Source: Candidatus Methanomethylicia archaeon
Lineage (GTDB): Archaea > Thermoproteota > Methanomethylicia > Culexarchaeales > Culexarchaeaceae
Direction of reading: 5' to 3'
Assembly: GCA_038727515.1 (NCBI GenBank)
Contig: JAVYVS010000006.1
Span: 208-64,207, forward strand
Length of the DNA stretch: 64,000 nucleotides
Under the pieces are notes generated by a model that saw only the letters and a list, made by a program, of their open reading frames with translations, had not been told where the DNA came from and made no database searches. The position numbers were made by a program, and so were the translations under genes. Shown one piece after another: positions 58,680-64,000 of this stretch (position 1 is its first letter; each line of letters starts with the position of its first letter).

Positions 58680-58730
58680 ATAAGTATAATTATGATTAGT
58701 ATAATTGTGATTAGTATAATTAGATTTAGT
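58680..58730. repeat. About three tandem copies of the 15-bp unit ATTAGTATAATTRTG, spanning the start of the ATPase ORF
   Basis: aagtataattatg / attagtataattgtg / attagtataattaga / tttagt. Confidence 0.85.
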
Positions 58731-59942
58731 GATCTTGATAGATGGAGAAATGTAGGTAGATGGGTTCTTGTTTATGGTAGGAGAAAGACTGGGAAGAGTT
58801 ATTTCATTAGGAATAATGTGAAATGGGATCAGTATTATTTTGTTGGAAGGAGTGGCGATATATTTATTGATGATGAGAAAATAAATTATGAAACCTTTAG
58901 AAGAGAAGTTCTTCAAAGGTTAGAAAGTGGGGAAATTGTAGTTATTGATGAAGTGCAAAGACTTCCAAGGGAGTTTTTCGATTTACTCCATAAAGTTGGA
59001 GTGAAGGGTAATTTAATAGTAATTTCATCAACCCTCTGGCTTACAAAAGAATTATTAGAAAGTAGATCACCATTACTAGGTTTATTCTCGGAATTTCAAA
59101 TGAATCTAATAGATGAAAGAGACATAATATTAAACCTATACAATTATGTTAAAGATCCAAGGGAACTCATAGAATATGCGGTATTCCTTAGAGAACCATG
59201 GCTGATCCCAATATGGGAACAAGCAGAAGATATATTCAATGTAATACCATTCAATGTAAAGATTACAATACCAGCTCTCATTGGAGAAATATTCATAGAA
59301 GAAGAAAGAGAATATTCTCGCATTTATGATGCAATACTAAAAGCTGTAGCCAATGGAAAACAAATATCAACGGAAATAGCATCCCACTTATACTCACTTA
59401 AACTCATACCAAAGGATGATCCAAGCATGATACAACCATTCCTAAAAATACTACAAAGCATAGGTTTAATAGAAAAGATAAAAATCTATGATAAAAACAA
59501 ATACTACTATAGACATTCATCCCCAATAATAGACTACTACTATTACCTAGATGCAAAATATGGAATAAGTGAAAGAGAAATCCAAACAATACAAGCAAGA
59601 AAAACATTAGAAACAAAACTACCAAAATACATTGAACAATTCATAATGAACTTAACATCAAAAACCCTAGGACTATGGCCAGAAAAGATAGTAAACAAAA
59701 ACTATGAAATAGATATAGCACTACTAGACTACAAAAAACTAAAAGTAATAATAGAAGTTAAATGGAAAAAGGAAATAACCAATGAAACCATTAGAGAAGT
59801 AGAAGAGAAAATGGAGAAATACAATTGCAGAAAAATACTCATAGTACCAAATGAAGAAGAAATCCCACAACAACCAAAGAAAATAGAAGTATGGGACGCA
59901 AAGAAAATACTAGAAATCATACAATCCAAACAGAAAACATAA
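58692..59942 (+). CDS. Archaeal AAA ATPase (Arch_ATPase type) with C-terminal DUF234-like PD-(D/E)xK region
   Basis: Walker A VYGRRKTGKSYF and Walker B VVIDEVQRL. The C-terminus YEIDIALLDYKKLKVIIEVKWKK resembles a nuclease D...E.K motif. The start is ambiguous (ATG 58692 or GTG 58707, both inside the tandem repeat). Confidence 0.75.
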   Translation: MISIIVISIIRFSDLDRWRNVGRWVLVYGRRKTGKSYFIRNNVKWDQYYFVGRSGDIFIDDEKINYETFRREVLQRLESGEIVVIDEVQRLPREFFDLLHKVGVKGNLIVISSTLWLTKELLESRSPLLGLFSEFQMNLIDERDIILNLYNYVKDPRELIEYAVFLREPWLIPIWEQAEDIFNVIPFNVKITIPALIGEIFIEEEREYSRIYDAILKAVANGKQISTEIASHLYSLKLIPKDDPSMIQPFLKILQSIGLIEKIKIYDKNKYYYRHSSPIIDYYYYLDAKYGISEREIQTIQARKTLETKLPKYIEQFIMNLTSKTLGLWPEKIVNKNYEIDIALLDYKKLKVIIEVKWKKEITNETIREVEEKMEKYNCRKILIVPNEEEIPQQPKKIEVWDAKKILEIIQSKQKT

Positions 59943-60164
59943 CTCTAATGACAATATCTATAACCACCTCTTTCACCTAAACTTTCCCATTAAATTTAAT
60001 AAACATAACATTTACACTTGTTTTTGATGTACAATTTTACAATTTTCTCTATAGTCTTTATAAAAGTATCCTTCATTTCCATTTGATCATTAAAATTCAA
60101 CATACCAAATATCATTTTTCAACATTATCATTTAAATCTTTTAACATTTTAACAATGTAGGTTA

Positions 60165-60568
60165 TCATGGTATTCTTATCACTTCCACTGGAACTTCAAT
60201 AACATTCTCTATCCTCGCATCAGTTGTTACAATTATCCCTTTCAACATAATAGCCAATGCTACTAAATATGAATCTGCCAATGACAATCTATCATAATAC
60301 TTAAGTTTTATTCTAGCAGCTTCAATAGTCTGCTTCTCATCCGGAGAAACAACAATTATCGGACTATTCCTAATTAACTTATTCCTAACTAAAGTTGACT
60401 CCCAACCAAATACTCTCGCATAATTATATAGAAATTCAGCTAAATTAATCTCACTAATATAAGCTTCAGAAACCTTCTCATAGACCTCATCCATATACCT
60501 TTTAGACTCTAAAACTCCTGCAAAAATGCAGAAAGAAAACCAGCGTCAAGAATGTACTTCCTTCTCAA
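60165..60568 (-). pseudogene. vapC: PIN-domain toxin (VapC) interrupted by a single-base frameshift in a T5 (plus-strand A5) run, or a sequencing error
   Basis: From TTG 60568 the frame reads MRRKYILDAGFLSAFLQEF-stop (tag at 60509-60511). The remainder, in the shifted frame, reads AGVLESKRYMDEVYEKVSEAYISEINLAEF...LSLADSYLVALA...IVTTDARI. One extra base in the run at 60522-60526 joins them into a ~134-aa PIN protein. Confidence 0.65.
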
Positions 60569-60800
60569 CTTCTCCCACCCTAGACTTCACTATCAACCTA
60601 GCTACTTCAAGAGCCTTTAAACCATCAACACCAAAAAGACTCCTAAAATCTTCAGGAACCTTAATCCTAACACCCTCATCATCAACAAAAAGCTCAACAA
60701 CAGACCCCTCAGCAATACCCAACTTCCTCCTAACTTCAGCTGGAATGACAATAATACCTTTCCTATGCACTTTAACCCTATAAACTTCCATAAAAATCAA
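60546..60800 (-). CDS. vapB: AbrB/SpoVT-family antitoxin (VapB)
   Basis: VHRKGIIVIPAEVRRKLGIAEGSVVELFVDDEGVRI swapped-hairpin motif. Overlaps the vapC start. Confidence 0.8.
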   Translation of the reverse strand: MIFMEVYRVKVHRKGIIVIPAEVRRKLGIAEGSVVELFVDDEGVRIKVPEDFRSLFGVDGLKALEVARLIVKSRVGEVEKEVHS

Positions 60801-61158
60801 CTAGATATAGTTAAACCATGAATATAAAGTTTAACGTTTAATCACATGGATACTTCATTTAAACTTTTGTTTTACATAATCTTTATAATCGTATAAAACC
60901 TAAATTACTGCATAAAATAGTAATAGAGGAATATTAAATAAGTATTCTAATAAAAATTGACAGAAAGTTTATTTGCATCACGTTCATTTAATAGTGAAAA
61001 TGTATTTTAACAAGACATTAAATCTAAATTATTAATGTAAAATATATAATCCATTCAAAGCAGTAACAAAATTACATAGGAGGATATAGCCTCAACCATG
61101 AATAAGATTAAGAAATTTATTCGATCAATGTTATTTATTGTTTGGTAAATAATGTTAT

Positions 61159-62232
61159 TTATTGTGGTTTGAGTTGTTGGGCTATCTCCTTTAATTTGTC
61201 TTCAATTATTCTGCCATTTTCCATTATTAGGTTATCATCGAGCCATATTGATGAGTTTAATGTTATTCCATCTGTATGTGTCGGTGCTGGTATTGGTTCA
61301 CTGCCAGTCAATCCTGAGCCTACATAGCCGATGCCCCATTCAGTGGCGCCCCATATTCTTTCAGCTTCAACTATATTTCCCGTTAATTTAGCTCCTGGAT
61401 TTACTCCCATGGCTACATGTGCTAATCTAAACATTTGTGGGTGATTGAAACTTTTCAACCAGTTTTCGAAGGCTGTGGCTTCTCTTCCACCTTCTATCCT
61501 CTTTATTTCACCTTTTTCAATGTAGAGTTTTATGGGTTCTTTAAGTGGTTCTGTGAATGGTGGGTTTATTATGCCATCAAACACTATTACGCCATTTATG
61601 GATTCAAAGGTGGGCGCCCAACTTATTTGTCCAGGTACCATGTGTGATCCCGGTATGGATGCATCACCTTTATGATTTCTTATTGGATGTTTTGGATTCA
61701 TTTCAAATTTTACATCAGTTCCAGCTGGACTTGTTATCCTCACATTTCTCGTCTTCTTTAACATTTCAACAAGTGTATCCTGAAGTTTTTGGAGGAGGGG
61801 GATATTAACCTGCCCTATGAGTCTAACCAGCTGGTCAACGCCCATACCAGCTAAACACATGTATCTAAGCTTCTTATTCTCTTTAAAGGCATTTTCAAAT
61901 ACTGTAGAGTAGAGGAGCCATTGATAATTGAATTCTATCCAAACATCAACTTTTGATAGTAATGCACTTAAAGCTTCAACAGGTATCACTAGATCTGTTT
62001 GTTTACCTACACCATAAGGTGAAGCAAGCATCCAAATTGCAATAACTTTAGCATTAGCATTTTGAGCTGCACTAGCCACAGCATCTACAACTCTTTCATC
62101 AGACATGGTATCAGCAGTTACTGCAACAACTTCATTGGGTTTAACCTTAAAAACATCGTTTACTAATATGTGAGCTGCATGATATAACTCCCACTCATAA
62201 AATTTAGTCATAACTTCACCATTTTCTCTCAC
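61159..62232 (-). CDS. M29 (aminopeptidase T / NicX-like) family protein
   Basis: Overall pattern (ELYHAAHILVNDVFKVKPNEVVAVTAD..., GVIVFDG, HVAMG, WG.TEWGIGY) resembles thermophilic M29 metalloproteases. Not verified. Confidence 0.55.
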   Translation of the reverse strand: MRENGEVMTKFYEWELYHAAHILVNDVFKVKPNEVVAVTADTMSDERVVDAVASAAQNANAKVIAIWMLASPYGVGKQTDLVIPVEALSALLSKVDVWIEFNYQWLLYSTVFENAFKENKKLRYMCLAGMGVDQLVRLIGQVNIPLLQKLQDTLVEMLKKTRNVRITSPAGTDVKFEMNPKHPIRNHKGDASIPGSHMVPGQISWAPTFESINGVIVFDGIINPPFTEPLKEPIKLYIEKGEIKRIEGGREATAFENWLKSFNHPQMFRLAHVAMGVNPGAKLTGNIVEAERIWGATEWGIGYVGSGLTGSEPIPAPTHTDGITLNSSIWLDDNLIMENGRIIEDKLKEIAQQLKPQ

Positions 62233-62315
62233 CTATACTTAGTATGCATATAAACATTTTGGATTATAAATTAGCTGCTTAATACTTAAAAAAGGTTATA
62301 GCCATAAATTATAGG

Positions 62316-62993
62316 TTGGGTGTATTACCATTGGTTCACTTAATAGGACTTATTAGGGTAGTAACTTTAACAGATGAGTACATGTTGAATCTTCACGGTA
62401 AAATAATTGAAAAAGCTTTTCCAGAATTGAAGGTTATTAGTAAATGTATTGAAGGACATCCTAAAGGCCTATACGATAGAGAATCTGTAGAAAAGGCAAA
62501 ACCAAAAATACTCAGATTAGCACAAGAATTTGAGAAGCAAGATGTTGAAGCTATTATCATTAGTTGTGTTGCAGATCCCGCAGTAAATGAAGCTAGAAGA
62601 GAATTGAAAATACCTATAATAGGTGCAGGTTCTGCTGCAGCATCCATAGCCCTTGCCCTCGGAGAGAGAATTGGTATATTGAATCTTACTGATGAAACAC
62701 CTGAAGTTATTAGAAAGATACTTAAAGATCATCTTGTTAAAGAAGTTGCACCAAAAGATGTAAAGAATACTTTAGATCTATTAACAGATTGGGGTAGAAA
62801 AGCTGCAATAGAAGCCCTTAAATTACTCATTGAAGATAAAGTTGACACCATTATACTGGGTTGTACGGGTTACTCCACCATAGGCTTTGCCAAAATAGCT
62901 AAAGAATTAACCAATATACCCATCATAGATCCCATAATAGCTGCAGGAACTATAACACTCAACACCCTTAAACAGAAAGAATTTTTCTTTTGA
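62316..62993 (+). CDS. Asp/Glu/hydantoin racemase family protein
   Basis: IIISCVADPAV and ILGCTGYS catalytic Cys motifs. Confidence 0.7.
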   Translation: MGVLPLVHLIGLIRVVTLTDEYMLNLHGKIIEKAFPELKVISKCIEGHPKGLYDRESVEKAKPKILRLAQEFEKQDVEAIIISCVADPAVNEARRELKIPIIGAGSAAASIALALGERIGILNLTDETPEVIRKILKDHLVKEVAPKDVKNTLDLLTDWGRKAAIEALKLLIEDKVDTIILGCTGYSTIGFAKIAKELTNIPIIDPIIAAGTITLNTLKQKEFFF

Positions 62994-63134
62994 ACTCAAA
63001 CATACACTCATTTTAATTAGGATTTCTTTGTTAAACCATAATGAAGCAAAATTTTACCTACAATACTAAAGCAAAGCTTTTCTATATTATAGGTTTAATT
63101 AGAATAAGTCTTCTGCAACCATAGTATGATGTAG

Positions 63135-64000
63135 TTATGGGAATATTGTTTTGATTACTCTTTGAAATTCTTTGATGACATCTTTATTGTTTGGCGTTAA
63201 ATCGTCTATTATTTGTATTCCAAGAGTTTTTAATTGTTGTTTTACATTGTTTGGTATTGATTTTGTAGATGTTAGAATCATGTGGTCAGGCTTATAATTT
63301 CGTAAGTATTGGATCACTTGTTTTTCTAAATCCGTTTGCCATTTATCGAATTCTTCATTTTTACATTCAATAATCAAATCTATTTTCTCAAGTTTGTTTG
63401 CATATGGATGTTTACCTTTACAAATAACGATATCAGGTCTAATGGCAGCTTTACCCTTTTCTGGTTTTCTAGTTAGAATATGTTCCATTGAATTACGTTG
63501 GAACTCAAACCATATTGAGAAGCATTCATTCCCCCTTTTAGCAAAGATTGGATTAACTGGACCCTGTCTAATAAGAACACGTGATTCTCCGATAGTATCT
63601 CTAATAGATTCTATATTTAAAGCATTGTAAGTTAACATCATAACCCACATTTGATTTATCCACTTCATAGCTACACTCAAACTTTTTAACCTTGCTATAT
63701 CATTTTGGAGACTTAAAGATGCAAAAAGACCTAATTCAGGATTTTTAAACACCCTATTGATATTAGAGGCGGATTTTAGAAAATCTATCTTAAAACCGAG
63801 TCTACTAGCATATTCTTTAACTTCACTTATCATAATCACGTAATCCCTTTTAAACTCTAAAATTCTCCTTCTCAATAACGGATCTACAACTTCTATTTCT
63901 AATTGAAAGAGTTCTTCATTTTTAACAATTCTTTTACTACCCCAGTCCAGAAATTTATCACCTTCAAAAGCATATACAATTAACCTTCCAGAATTAGTAA
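63135..64000 (-). CDS. Hypothetical protein with a PD-(D/E)xK nuclease-like motif; 5' end probably beyond the window end
   Basis: RPDIVICKGKHPYANKLEKIDLIIECKNEEFDKW (D...E.K). The track start at 63875 is a TTG. The frame stays open to the window edge (TNSGRLIVYAFEGDKFLDWGSKRIVKNEELFQLEIEVVDPLL...). Confidence 0.55.
   Translation of the reverse strand, partial: TNSGRLIVYAFEGDKFLDWGSKRIVKNEELFQLEIEVVDPLLRRRILEFKRDYVIMISEVKEYASRLGFKIDFLKSASNINRVFKNPELGLFASLSLQNDIARLKSLSVAMKWINQMWVMMLTYNALNIESIRDTIGESRVLIRQGPVNPIFAKRGNECFSIWFEFQRNSMEHILTRKPEKGKAAIRPDIVICKGKHPYANKLEKIDLIIECKNEEFDKWQTDLEKQVIQYLRNYKPDHMILTSTKSIPNNVKQQLKTLGIQIIDDLTPNNKDVIKEFQRVIKTIFP

Noticed and set aside
58629-58916. Minus-strand ORF encoding NYTNHNYTNHNYTYN repeats
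   Set aside because: The repeat in the peptide is simply the translation of the 15-bp tandem DNA repeat. The ORF overlaps the well-supported ATPase gene and has no start context.
1-64000. Search for CRISPR arrays, rRNA and tRNA genes
   Set aside because: I saw no regularly spaced 25-40 bp direct repeats. No intergenic segment has the GC-rich, acceptor-stem-like starts expected of tRNAs in an AT-rich thermophile-like genome. The only GC-enriched non-coding patches are the motifs at 58.18-58.53 kb, which do not fold as a cloverleaf by eye. A covariance-model scan is still advisable.

Overview
This is a visibly AT-rich (about two-thirds A+T by eye), tightly packed archaeal chromosomal segment with about 75 protein-coding genes. 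I found no rRNA, tRNA, CRISPR array, integrase or transposase. Several markers point to a crenarchaeal/TACK lineage: a Sulfolobus-type single-OB SSB with an R/G-rich tail, an Hjc-type resolvase, Thi4, deoxyhypusine synthase, archaemetzincin and class III-signal pilins. Positions 1-33 kb are mostly housekeeping and metabolic: M20/M24 peptidases, amidohydrolases, nadA-nadC, an SOD-rubrerythrin pair, an HtrA protease and a five-gene LIV-type ABC transporter. From 33 kb on the content is more accessory:
- A decayed patch holds a 107-bp copy of an internal livM segment, a frameshifted vapC and orphan gene fragments.
- A second copy of a long radical SAM/SPASM gene is translationally coupled to a PadR regulator. 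It shares a 90-nt perfectly identical tract with its paralog 36.7 kb away.
- An 8-gene non-archaellum type IV pilus-like operon (47.1-54.8 kb) carries five downstream genes that encode only N-terminal pilin-like helices and no domain I recognise. This is the best candidate for something undescribed.
- A DUF438/hemerythrin/PAS sensor operon follows the pilus operon.
- An unusually long 580-bp non-coding region has dyad plus G-string (ORB-like) inverted motifs. It sits next to an AAA ATPase-nuclease fusion and a second vapBC pair.

Three to four genes are broken exactly at A/T homopolymer runs, which suggests homopolymer sequencing error or slippage rather than ordinary decay. All functional calls rest on motif recognition by eye, and no database search was possible.
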